From: an uncultured virus (IMG/VR IMGVR_UViG_3300025015_000024) | Lineage: Duplodnaviria > Heunggongvirae > Uroviricota > Caudoviricetes | DNA: 64,000 nt | Reading direction: 5' to 3' (one strand) | IMG/VR virus record: IMGVR_UViG_3300025015_000024 | Coordinates: 1 to 64,000 of that record | In this document: piece after piece, positions 19,086 to 27,136 of the stretch | How the letters are laid out: each line of letters begins with the position of its first letter | Numbering within the stretch: position 1 is the first letter of the stretch | The notes under the pieces: model-generated | Databases searched by the model: none | Told to the model about the DNA's origin: nothing | The model's input: only the letters and a program-made list of their open reading frames with translations | Position numbers and translations under genes: made by a program

Positions 19086-21242
19086 ATGATAAAAACAATA
19101 ACATATAAAAAATACAAAGATTTATTAAAACAGAATCTTAATGGGTCCCCAGTAAATATAATAGAACATAGCAATTTTGTAAAAAATTTATTTAAATTAG
19201 ACAAAAAAGTTAATGACCAATTACAAAATAAAAAATATTCAAATAGTTCATGGTCAATTAGAAAACTTGAAATTGATAATTTTTTAAGTTATGGAAAAAA
19301 TAATGTTATTGAGTTTGATAAATTAAATGGATTAGTAGGAATTTTTTCTAAAAATTTTATGGGGAAAACGGTGCTGTGTATCGATTCTTTATTGTTTTTA
19401 TTTTTCAATACAACAACCAGAACATCAAAAAGTGAAGAAATTTTTAATTTATATACAAAGGATGATATTGTAAAAGTAAAAGGTTATATAAAAATTGATA
19501 ATTCAAATTATATTATTGAAAGAGAAATAATAAGAAAATGGAAAAAAGATGGGACACCAAATTGTAGTACTGAATTAAATTTTTATAAGGAATTAGATAA
19601 TGATATAATAGAAAATTTGGAGGGGGAACAAAGACAAGAAACTGATAAAATAATCAAAAGTAAAATTGGAGATATGGAAGATTTTATTATGACTATTTTT
19701 ACCACTGGTGATAATCTTATGAATTTTATTGAAACAAAACCCACAGAAAGAGGATTATTGTTGTGTAAATTCCTTGGTTTAAATATATTCAAAGAGAAAG
19801 AAGAAATATGTAAAACAATATTTAATGATTGGAAAACAACATTAAAATCAAATTTATATAATATTCCGACTTTAAAAAGTGAAATAGAAGAATTACAATC
19901 AGAAATAAAACAAAAAGAAACTCAGTTAAAAGAAAATAAAGATAAGTTAGTTATTGTTGAAAAAAACATAAAAGATACAAAAGAAACAAAGGATTCTTTA
20001 TTATCTTCATTACATCAGGATATTGATGACAAATTATTAAAATCAGATCCTTTATTAATTGAAAATAAAATAAGTGCAATAGAAAAAGATGTAACTAATA
20101 AAAAAAATGAATTAAAAGAAATTAAATTTAAAATTGATAATATTAAAGTAACATATAGTAAAATAGAACATGAAAAATTAATACAAAAAGAAAGAGAACT
20201 ATCCTCAAACGTAACAATATTAAAAAATGATATTGAAAGATTAGAAAAAGATATAAAAGAATTAAAAGAAGGAGAAATTTGTTCCAAATGTGGTCAATCA
20301 TTAAAAGGTATTGATCATTCAAAAGAAATAAAAGAATTAAAAATTAAATTAGAATCAAATAATTTATCATATAAAAAATATAAAGAAGATTTGAATGGTA
20401 CAGGACAACAATTAAAAGAATATAATGAAAATAAAGATAAAATAGAACAAAGAGATAAACTCCAACTTAAATTTGATAGAACCGAAATTGAAATAGATTT
20501 ATCAAATATAAATTTACAAAAAGAAAATGATAATTTAAAAAACTATCATAAAAATATTGATAAAATTAATCAAAATAATAAAACAAATGAGAAGATAAGA
20601 GATATTAATTTTAAGGTTCATCAACAAGAAACAGATGAAAAAGAATTAATATCAATAATTAGAGAATTTGAAAATATTATTTTAAATAATAATAAGGATA
20701 TTGAAGATAAAATAAAAATAGGAAAAGAAATAAGAGAAGAAGAAAAAATTTATAAAGTTTTTACTATCTATTTAAGTTTGATGGGAAAAAATGGAATTTC
20801 CAAATCAATTTTACGTGATATGATTCCAAAATTAAATAATGAACTATCCAAATTATTGGAAGGAGTTGCAGAATTCACAGTTGAAGTATCAATCAATGAA
20901 AACAACCAGGAAATGGTATTGGATATGAAAGACAATAAAACTGGACTGATTAAATCATTAAAAACGGGTTCTGGATATGAAAGAACCATTGCCTCACTTG
21001 CATTAAGAGTAGTTTTAAATAAAATAAATTCTCTACCAAAACCAAATTTTATTATTTTTGATGAGCCGTTTGAAAAAGTATCAGAAGAGAATTTACAGGA
21101 GATGAGTTATTTTCTGGATAGAATAAAAAAGTATTATGATTTAATATTTTTGGTAACATTTAATTCTTTGGTAAAAGATTGGGTATCAAATGTTATAACA
21201 ATAGAAAAAATAAATAATATTTCTACAATTAATTTGAATTAA
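19086..21242 (+). CDS. Rad50/SbcC-like ATPase (T4 gp46-like)
   Basis: NFLSYG, Walker A NFMGKT, zinc hook CSKC, signature SGYER, Walker B IIFDE, long coiled coil. Confidence 0.92.
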   Translation: MIKTITYKKYKDLLKQNLNGSPVNIIEHSNFVKNLFKLDKKVNDQLQNKKYSNSSWSIRKLEIDNFLSYGKNNVIEFDKLNGLVGIFSKNFMGKTVLCIDSLLFLFFNTTTRTSKSEEIFNLYTKDDIVKVKGYIKIDNSNYIIEREIIRKWKKDGTPNCSTELNFYKELDNDIIENLEGEQRQETDKIIKSKIGDMEDFIMTIFTTGDNLMNFIETKPTERGLLLCKFLGLNIFKEKEEICKTIFNDWKTTLKSNLYNIPTLKSEIEELQSEIKQKETQLKENKDKLVIVEKNIKDTKETKDSLLSSLHQDIDDKLLKSDPLLIENKISAIEKDVTNKKNELKEIKFKIDNIKVTYSKIEHEKLIQKERELSSNVTILKNDIERLEKDIKELKEGEICSKCGQSLKGIDHSKEIKELKIKLESNNLSYKKYKEDLNGTGQQLKEYNENKDKIEQRDKLQLKFDRTEIEIDLSNINLQKENDNLKNYHKNIDKINQNNKTNEKIRDINFKVHQQETDEKELISIIREFENIILNNNKDIEDKIKIGKEIREEEKIYKVFTIYLSLMGKNGISKSILRDMIPKLNNELSKLLEGVAEFTVEVSINENNQEMVLDMKDNKTGLIKSLKTGSGYERTIASLALRVVLNKINSLPKPNFIIFDEPFEKVSEENLQEMSYFLDRIKKYYDLIFLVTFNSLVKDWVSNVITIEKINNISTINLN

Positions 21243-21308
21243 AAATAAACTATTGACTTTTTAATTTATTTTATTTATATTTGTAATTTAGATTATATTT
21301 ATAAACAA

Positions 21309-21320
21309 GTTCTTTGAAAT
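21309..21320 (+). promoter_or_regulatory. boxA-like antitermination element
   Basis: GTTCTTTGAAAT just downstream of the promoter and upstream of the structured RNA and tmRNA. Confidence 0.5.
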
Positions 21321-21328
21321 TAAAAGAT

Positions 21329-21463
21329 ATTATTTATTTAAGTGTTGGTCTTGGAATAATCCAGAAGTAATATAATAGGAGAAACTTAATTGTGTTATCC
21401 CTTCCCATCAACCGTAGTACGTAGTATTACAACGAAGGATAAAAACACAGCTAAAATAAATAA
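21329..21463 (+). ncRNA. Candidate structured ncRNA (6S RNA-like rod)
   Basis: Terminal stem ATTATTTATTT/AAATAAATAAT, inner pairs GTGTT/AACAC and GTAATA/TATTAC, GC-richer than the flanks, no ORF. Confidence 0.4.
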
Positions 21464-21474
21464 TTATATCATAT

Positions 21475-21885
21475 GGGGATGACAGGCATTGACGTGATCA
21501 AAGTAGTCATAAAATATGTGTTTGGCATTCTGGAAAAGACAGAAGAATCGCTTAAATGGCGAATCAAACAAAGGACTCTCAAATGAGATTGCAAGGTTCT
21601 TGGTGTCAGATGAAAATCTGATTTTCAAAAATCAAGAAATTGAATTTGAAATTGCTTAACAAGGTTAAGTCAATTATATTGGAAACAGGATAGAGTTAAA
21701 CTGAATAATCGGGAACAGATTTTAACTGAACATGTTTGTATAATCCAAACAATAAAATAAATCCTGATTAGTTTAGGGTAAAAGTTTGGGAACGATTCTT
21801 TAAAAATTGAACAAAAAATAACACTAAAAAAATATTTTATGTTGAAAGATTAACGGACCCGGTTTTCGAATTACCGGCATCTCCA
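21475..21885 (+). ncRNA. ssrA: tmRNA
   Basis: 5' GGGGATGACAGGCATTGAC and 3' GGACCCGG-TTTTCGAATTA-CCGG-CATCTCCA form a tRNA-Ala-like domain with G3.U70; internal tag frame 21558-21659 GESNKGLSNEIARFLVSDENLIFKNQEIEFEIA*. Confidence 0.9.
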
Positions 21886-21894
21886 CTTTTTAAT

Positions 21895-21929
21895 CCTTAA
21901 CGATTAGGCTTGTTAGAGGTTTTTATTTA
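21895..21929 (+). terminator. Intrinsic terminator after tmRNA
   Basis: CCTTAACGA...TTGTTAGAGG hairpin followed by a T-rich run. Confidence 0.55.
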
Positions 21930-21954
21930 AAATAATTCACTTTTTATTGATAAT

Positions 21955-22542
21955 ATGAAAGTAGAACCAATATTAAATCAAATACTTGCAGAATCATCAT
22001 TATCAAGAGTATGGAATCATACAAATAATGATGATACTTTTGGTATTATTTCTGCATTCAAATTAGATAATTATTGGGTTGAAAATATAATTTTACATAG
22101 TAATTTAAAAAAAGAAATTAAAAGTAAAGGATATGGTTTCATAGAGTTAGATAGTGGATATAGTTATCTTGATAATACTAATGAGGAAATATCGGTTAGA
22201 GAAAGATCATATTTTATTCCAAAAATTACATTTAAAGATATTACTGAATTAGGTAAAAAATATGAACAAGAAACTATTATATTTAAAGATAATGAATTTT
22301 TTATTTTAGTTAAACCAGATGGTACTATAGAAAAAACATTTTTAAAAGGAAACGGTTATAATTTTAAACCAGAGAATTTAAAAAACGCATGGAGTCAATT
22401 TATTAGAAGTAAAAACAAAAATGCAATTAAAAAATTTACTTTTAATGTCCAAGAAAGAATTATACCATCAAGAACCGATTCTTATAAAATGTTAGGAGAA
22501 AATAAAGGTTTAGCAAAAGTAAAATATATTAATTTATTTTAA
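21955..22542 (+). CDS. Hypothetical phage protein, possibly head-packaged
   Basis: ILAE|SSLSRVW..FGIISAF..LGKKYEQE motif pattern. Confidence 0.75.
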   Translation: MKVEPILNQILAESSLSRVWNHTNNDDTFGIISAFKLDNYWVENIILHSNLKKEIKSKGYGFIELDSGYSYLDNTNEEISVRERSYFIPKITFKDITELGKKYEQETIIFKDNEFFILVKPDGTIEKTFLKGNGYNFKPENLKNAWSQFIRSKNKNAIKKFTFNVQERIIPSRTDSYKMLGENKGLAKVKYINLF

Positions 22543-22548
22543 AATTTT

Positions 22549-23166
22549 ATGAATAATTTTTTAAAAAATTTTAGAAGATTATCTGGAATTAAAGAACTTT
22601 CATTAACTGAAGAATTTACTGGTTTCAAAAGAATTCATGTTTTAGAAACCGTTGGCAGAGGAATATCCTCTTTACAGCTTAACGGTATTTCTATTAACAG
22701 AGATAATTCAAAAGATAATGTAATAAATTATCAAATAAAAGAAGGAATATTAACAGAAGAAAAAGAATTTGTTTTCCCGGAAAATCAAAAAGGTGGAATT
22801 ATTGTTTTTTCTATTGATGTTAATAAAAAGTTTGAATATAAAAATTTAATTGATAAAATTAAAGAATGGTTTAAACAAAAATATCAATCATTATTAAACA
22901 GAATATTTAAAGATAAAAAATTATCAAAAATTATAAGTAAACATGAAGAAATAACTGGATTTAGCATCGGTAAATTTTTTAAAGGAAGATATAAATCTCC
23001 TAATGGAAAACATTATGATGAAACAAGTACATCAATTGAAATAATTGGTATTGGTTCTGAATTATTGGAAATTGTTGCATCAAAAATTGCTAGTGAATTT
23101 AATCAGGAAAGTGTATTAGTAAAAGATTATATAAAAAATGAAATATATTTAGCAAATAAAAAATAA
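22549..23166 (+). CDS. Hypothetical protein, possibly head-packaged
   Basis: N-terminal FRRLSGIKE..LTE; C-terminal FNQESVLVKD. Confidence 0.7.
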   Translation: MNNFLKNFRRLSGIKELSLTEEFTGFKRIHVLETVGRGISSLQLNGISINRDNSKDNVINYQIKEGILTEEKEFVFPENQKGGIIVFSIDVNKKFEYKNLIDKIKEWFKQKYQSLLNRIFKDKKLSKIISKHEEITGFSIGKFFKGRYKSPNGKHYDETSTSIEIIGIGSELLEIVASKIASEFNQESVLVKDYIKNEIYLANKK

Positions 23167-23240
23167 TTGATAAATAATTTGGATATGTCATTTATTTTAC
23201 TTACCTTTGTATTTTAAAATTAAAATTAACTATTATTTTT

Positions 23241-23441
23241 ATGGATACAAATATAAAAGAACAAATTGATAATATGGATTATGAATCAATGTTAAGATTA
23301 TGGAGATTTAGTCCTGCTGGCCATTCATTATTTCAAGGAGAATCTGGTGAATATTTCAGTAAAAATATGAAAGAAAAACGTGATAAATTACCAAATGAAG
23401 AACATCCAATCATATCAAAAAGAATAGGTTGGGAAAAATAA
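23241..23441 (+). CDS. Hypothetical phage protein
   Basis: YESMLRLWRF..G..FQG..G.YF..SKRIGW motif; own host-type promoter. Confidence 0.7.
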   Translation: MDTNIKEQIDNMDYESMLRLWRFSPAGHSLFQGESGEYFSKNMKEKRDKLPNEEHPIISKRIGWEK

Positions 23442-23508
23442 TTCATTTTATACTTGTTTATTTTAATTATTTTACTTACTTTTGTATCTTGAAAGTATTT
23501 ATAATAAA

Positions 23509-23580
23509 ATGAAAAACATAAATTTACATAATCTCCCACAGCTACCCAGTAATAAACATTGGGGTGGAAAACTTATGTAA
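23509..23580 (+). CDS. Leader peptide 1, MKNINLHNLPQLPSNKHWGGKLM (tRNA array 1 attenuator)
   Basis: Follows TACTTTTG (23477) and TATTTATA (23496); control codons CTC CCA CAG CTA CCC (L-P-Q-L-P). Confidence 0.8.
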   Translation: MKNINLHNLPQLPSNKHWGGKLM

Positions 23581-23607
23581 AAAAATTAAAAAAATACAAT
23601 AGATTAT

Positions 23608-23647
23608 AAACCCTGATGTTCAATAAAAAAGTCATCAGGGTTTTTTT
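23608..23647 (+). terminator. Attenuator terminator 1
   Basis: AAACCCTGATG/CATCAGGG-T7; its 5' arm can instead pair with leader segment AACATTGGGGT (23555-23565). Confidence 0.85.
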
Positions 23648-23666
23648 ATTGATAAAAAATTAAAAT

Positions 23667-23738
23667 ATGGTGTTAGTTCAGAGGCAGAACGCTACATTTG
23701 GGATGTAGAGGTCGAGATATCATAATTCTCACACCATA
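23667..23738 (+). tRNA. tRNA-Pro(UGG)
   Basis: Cloverleaf; anticodon arm CTACA-TTTGGGA-TGTAG. Confidence 0.85.
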
Positions 23739-23755
23739 CAAAAAAATTAAAAAAT

Positions 23756-23829
23756 ATTCCAGTATCCCAATTGGTAGAGGATATAGTATTAGAAACTATA
23801 AAGTGAGAGTTCGAATCTCTCCTGGAGTA
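23756..23829 (+). tRNA. tRNA-Leu(UAG), short variable loop
   Basis: ATAGT-ATTAGAA-ACTAT; T arm GAGAG-TTCGAAT-CTCTC. Confidence 0.8.
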
Positions 23830-23830
23830 C

Positions 23831-23904
23831 TACCGGATCTTCTAATTTTGGCAGGAAAGCACCCTTTGAAGGTGATAATATAGGTTAGATCCCTACTCTG
23901 GTAA
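23831..23904 (+). tRNA. tRNA-Gln(UUG)
   Basis: Acceptor TACCGGA/TCTGGTA; CACC-CTTTGAA-GGTG. Confidence 0.75.
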
Positions 23905-24008
23905 CTACAAAAATTAAAAAAATATTAGATAATACTTGTTTATTTCAATTATTTTACTTACCTTTGTATTCTAAATATCTGAATTAATAACTTAAAAACC
24001 TAAAAAAA

Positions 24009-24215
24009 ATGAAAGATAAACCACAAAAGCCGAAATTGAATACTACTGTTGTTGGCGGTAGTTTTTATTGGGTTAGACCATTTCAAGGAGATGAATTTGA
24101 ACCTGCAAAGGCTAGAGATAGATATGAGAATGGAGAGCTATATTTCTGCTTTACAAACGGTAGTGTGTTGGAAGTAGAGCGCGCTTGGGAGGTTGAGCCA
24201 TTAAATTTCAGCTAA
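24009..24215 (+). CDS. Hypothetical protein (cassette-like)
   Basis: Short, GC-richer ORF containing GTTGGC and ending in GCTAAC. Confidence 0.55.
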   Translation: MKDKPQKPKLNTTVVGGSFYWVRPFQGDEFEPAKARDRYENGELYFCFTNGSVLEVERAWEVEPLNFS

Positions 24216-24270
24216 CGGTTTTGGGATTGCTGTCAGGTTTCTTACGGATTAACAACTAAAATATAATTAT

Positions 24271-24510
24271 ATGAACGAAGAATTAAGAGTGATATCACAA
24301 AGCTATTGCGGAATGACACCGAAAGATAAAGGATGCAAAACTTGGGCTGAGATGCAACAGAAAATGGCAGATGAATTGGAATGTGTAGTAAAAAATTATA
24401 TTGTCCAAGCAAATGTTAGCGGACACTTGTGCCAATGTGGAAATCCGATTGCCAGAACGGAGTGCGATGATTGTTTAGACAATAGAATTAGATGCAAGTT
24501 AGAAAATTAG
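24271..24510 (+). CDS. Hypothetical protein with Cys-rich C-terminus (cassette-like)
   Basis: CQCG...CDDC; internal GTTAGC. Confidence 0.5.
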   Translation: MNEELRVISQSYCGMTPKDKGCKTWAEMQQKMADELECVVKNYIVQANVSGHLCQCGNPIARTECDDCLDNRIRCKLEN

Positions 24511-24592
24511 GTACAATTTCCGCTAACGCATCGGAGATTTATGAAGGATTTTTTACGACTTAAACTACAAATTTAAAAATATAAAAAACACA

Positions 24593-24835
24593 ATGACAAA
24601 AGAAGAATTGATTACAAAGCAACAACTGGAAATAGAGCAGTATCAAATTGCAATAGAAGAAAACAAAAAACTGCTGAAAAAGATAAAACTAAATTTCATT
24701 GCGATAGGGATGCCGTTAAATGATAACCTATTGCAATTTGATAAGAAGCAGATAAAATGGTGCTTGGAAACATTAGAAATGATTGAACAAATTAACTGTA
24801 CTGTGCTTGACTATGAGGGTGTGTGGGCGGGTTAA
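24593..24835 (+). CDS. Hypothetical protein
   Basis: IGMPLNDNLLQF motif; ORF in the array. Confidence 0.6.
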   Translation: MTKEELITKQQLEIEQYQIAIEENKKLLKKIKLNFIAIGMPLNDNLLQFDKKQIKWCLETLEMIEQINCTVLDYEGVWAG

Positions 24836-24928
24836 AAAGTTTGCGTATAAGTAGGGGATTGTCGCAATATTATTGATTTTTTAAAATATTTTACTTATAT
24901 TTGTACTTTGAAACTATTTATTAAGAAA

Positions 24929-25009
24929 ATGAAAAACTGGTTAAACATATCAATTCATAGTAATAGTCGTAATATTATACGACCTGGAAGGGGTATGTTT
25001 ATACAATAA
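24929..25009 (+). CDS. Leader peptide 2, MKNWLNISIHSNSRNIIRPGRGMFIQ (tRNA array 2 attenuator)
   Basis: Follows TATATTTG (24896) and TATTTAT; 12 of codons 3-16 are read by the downstream tRNAs. Confidence 0.85.
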   Translation: MKNWLNISIHSNSRNIIRPGRGMFIQ

Positions 25010-25030
25010 TCATTTTTAAAAGATATATAA

Positions 25031-25065
25031 AAAACCCCTTGGATTAAGTTTTTAAGGGGTTTTTT
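25031..25065 (+). terminator. Attenuator terminator 2
   Basis: AAAACCCCTT/AAGGGG-T6; leader segment AAGGGGT (24988-24994) competes for ACCCCTT. Confidence 0.85.
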
Positions 25066-25070
25066 AATTT

Positions 25071-25144
25071 TGGTCTGTAACTCAGAAGTTTAGAGTGCCA
25101 AGCCGTTAACTTGGAAGCCGGGATGGCAGAATTCCCCAGACCAG
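25071..25144 (+). tRNA. tRNA-Asn(GUU)
   Basis: CCAAG-CCGTTAA-CTTGG; acceptor TGGTCTG/CAGACCA. Confidence 0.8.
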
Positions 25145-25160
25145 CTGGAAATATAAAAAA

Positions 25161-25244
25161 GGAAAAGGACTGGCATGGACGAAGAGATAGTCTTGAAAAC
25201 TATTGTGTGTAAAAACATCGTGAGTTCGATTCTCACCTTTTCCG
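25161..25244 (+). tRNA. tRNA-Ser(UGA)
   Basis: ATAGT-CTTGAAA-ACTAT, long variable arm, G73. Confidence 0.8.
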
Positions 25245-25258
25245 CTTTTTTAAAAAAC

Positions 25259-25329
25259 AGGTTCTTGGTGTAATGGCAGCATCTGAAATTCCAAACTTCA
25301 GGGTATGGGTTCGAATCCTATAAAACTTG
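25259..25329 (+). tRNA. tRNA-Trp(CCA)
   Basis: TGAAA-TTCCAAA-CTTCA; GGTTCGAATCC T arm. Confidence 0.75.
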
Positions 25330-25330
25330 C

Positions 25331-25416
25331 GGAAAATAAACCAATCAGGGTATTGGGCCTATTTGCTAAATAGTGCGTTCTGTAAAAAGAATGTGTTTCA
25401 AATACTCTGTCCTCCG
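25331..25416 (+). tRNA. tRNA-Ser(GCU), divergent
   Basis: CTAT-TTGCTAA-ATAG with a long variable arm; several acceptor and T-stem mismatches. Confidence 0.6.
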
Positions 25417-25427
25417 CAAAATTATAT

Positions 25428-25500
25428 TGACCAGTAGCTCAATTGGTGGAGCAACATTCTGATGAAATGAAGGTCGAAGGTTCAAATCCTTCCTGGTCAA
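25428..25500 (+). tRNA. tRNA-Ile(GAU)
   Basis: CATT-CTGATGA-AATG; canonical D and T arms. Confidence 0.8.
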
Positions 25501-25509
25501 CAAAAAACT

Positions 25510-25582
25510 ATTTTCTTAGTTTAACTGGATAAAATATTTGGCTACGAACCAAAAGATGAGAGTTCGAATCTTTCAGAAAATA
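25510..25582 (+). tRNA. tRNA-Arg(ACG)
   Basis: TTTGG-CTACGAA-CCAAA. Confidence 0.85.
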
Positions 25583-25597
25583 CATTATAATTAATAT

Positions 25598-25672
25598 GGT
25601 GCTATTGTTGTAAATTGGTGAGCATAGAAAACTGTGAATTTTCAGGTAAAGGTTCAATTCCTTTATGGCACC
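25598..25672 (+). tRNA. tRNA-His(GUG)
   Basis: GAAAA-CTGTGAA-TTTTC; encoded G-1:C73. Confidence 0.85.
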
Positions 25673-25680
25673 CAATAATC

Positions 25681-26373
25681 TTAATTTAATAATTCAAAAA
25701 CTTCTTTTATTCCTTCACTAGCTTTTTTATTAATATAAGTAATTTCCATTCCAATTTTACTTAAACTTTTAACTGGGTTTGGATCAATAAAAAATACTTC
25801 ACAAGATAATTTTATATAAGTTAACATTTGAAAACAATAATGGATAAATAAAGAAGTTCCAATTATTATTAAATAATCACATTTTTCAATTGTTTTATAT
25901 GATTCTTCAATATTACAAGGATATTCCCCAAACCAAACAACATGAGGTCTTAATTGTGAGCCATTTTCACATTTATCACCCAACTTTATATCATTATAAC
26001 CACAATCATATATTAAATCTTCATCTGATGAGCTTTGAGATTTTGTAAGTTCCCCATGAATGTGAATAACATTTGAAGAGCCACCCCTTTCATGTAAATT
26101 ATCAACATTTTGAGTTATCACGGTAACATCAAAATTATTTTCAAGTTCTGCAATTAATTTATGCGCCAGATTTGGTTTTACATTTTCCAGTTGCCTTCTT
26201 CTTTCGTTATAAAAATCTAAAACTTTTTGTTTATCTTTGTGCCATGCACTTATTGTTGCAACATCATCTATTTTATGGTTTAACCATAAACCATTTTTTC
26301 CTGTCCTGAATGTTGGGATGCCAGATTCCTCACTTACGCCCGCACCAGTAAAAACAACTATTTTCTTTTTCAT
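25681..26373 (-). CDS. cobB: Sir2-family NAD-dependent deacylase (CobB-like)
   Basis: FTGAGVSEESGIPTFR, TQNVDNLHERGG, HIHG, RPHVVWFGE and IGTS motifs. Confidence 0.92.
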   Translation of the reverse strand: MKKKIVVFTGAGVSEESGIPTFRTGKNGLWLNHKIDDVATISAWHKDKQKVLDFYNERRRQLENVKPNLAHKLIAELENNFDVTVITQNVDNLHERGGSSNVIHIHGELTKSQSSSDEDLIYDCGYNDIKLGDKCENGSQLRPHVVWFGEYPCNIEESYKTIEKCDYLIIIGTSLFIHYCFQMLTYIKLSCEVFFIDPNPVKSLSKIGMEITYINKKASEGIKEVFELLN

Positions 26374-26434
26374 TTATTTGTTTTTTTAATAAATATTTAT
26401 AAATAAGAATATATTTATATAATGATATAATAAC

Positions 26435-27133
26435 ATGAAAGATCAAATATCCAGAATGAAAGAATTGATTAATTATAATATTAATTATGGTTATATTAAT
26501 GAAGAAATGGAAACTTCTGATAATTTTATAAATAATACATTTCAAGAATATAAAGAAAAAAATGCAATTGCAGTTGAGGTTAGCATTGATTCAGAAAATG
26601 ATGTTGATTACAGATTAGCACTTATATTAAGATTTACAAATGTTAGTGGATATGATGAATTAGTATTTTATTTTTCATTAATAGATAAAAATAATCAGTT
26701 TGTAAAAGGAAAAGAAAGTATTTATAATAGAGAAGAAGCAAATAAATATTTACCAAAAAAATTACAAGGTAGTATTTCTTTTTTTACTAAACTAAAAGAA
26801 ATGTTTAAAAAATTAATAAATATGGAAACACCAGATATATTTTTTATGGAAACATATGAAGATTTTATAAGTGAAAGATTATTAAATCCTTATAGAAATT
26901 TAATTCCATTAATATTGGAAAATGGATATCTTTTGGAAAAAGAAGGAATATCCCATGATAAAAAGAAATATTATTGGAAATTTGTAAAAAAAACAAATCA
27001 ACAAATAAAAGAAGATAAGGAATTTGAATATTTTATAAATAATTTTAAAAAAGATGATGAATATTGGGAAAAATTTAATAAAGAATCAAGAATAATTATT
27101 GAGAAAATGTATGGAAATAAAAAAATTATTTAA
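26435..27133 (+). CDS. Putative head-packaged protein
   Basis: N-terminal MKDQISRMKELINY...INE matches the scaffold C-terminus; preceded by TATTTATA. Confidence 0.7.
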   Translation: MKDQISRMKELINYNINYGYINEEMETSDNFINNTFQEYKEKNAIAVEVSIDSENDVDYRLALILRFTNVSGYDELVFYFSLIDKNNQFVKGKESIYNREEANKYLPKKLQGSISFFTKLKEMFKKLINMETPDIFFMETYEDFISERLLNPYRNLIPLILENGYLLEKEGISHDKKKYYWKFVKKTNQQIKEDKEFEYFINNFKKDDEYWEKFNKESRIIIEKMYGNKKII

Positions 27134-27136
27134 AAA

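Noticed and set aside
17836..19180. Split intein joining SbcD (..CFDTL) and SbcC (MIK...EHSN)
   Set aside because: The segments are far too short, lack Hint blocks, and no Cys/Ser/Thr follows the Asn.
23509..23647. T-box riboswitch upstream of the tRNA arrays
   Set aside because: No T-box UGGNACC bulge or stem I; translated leaders with matching codons fit ribosome-mediated attenuation better.
23698..23883. ORFs overlapping tRNAs (23698-23883, 58100-58486, 59602-59877)
   Set aside because: Spurious frames across tRNA genes.
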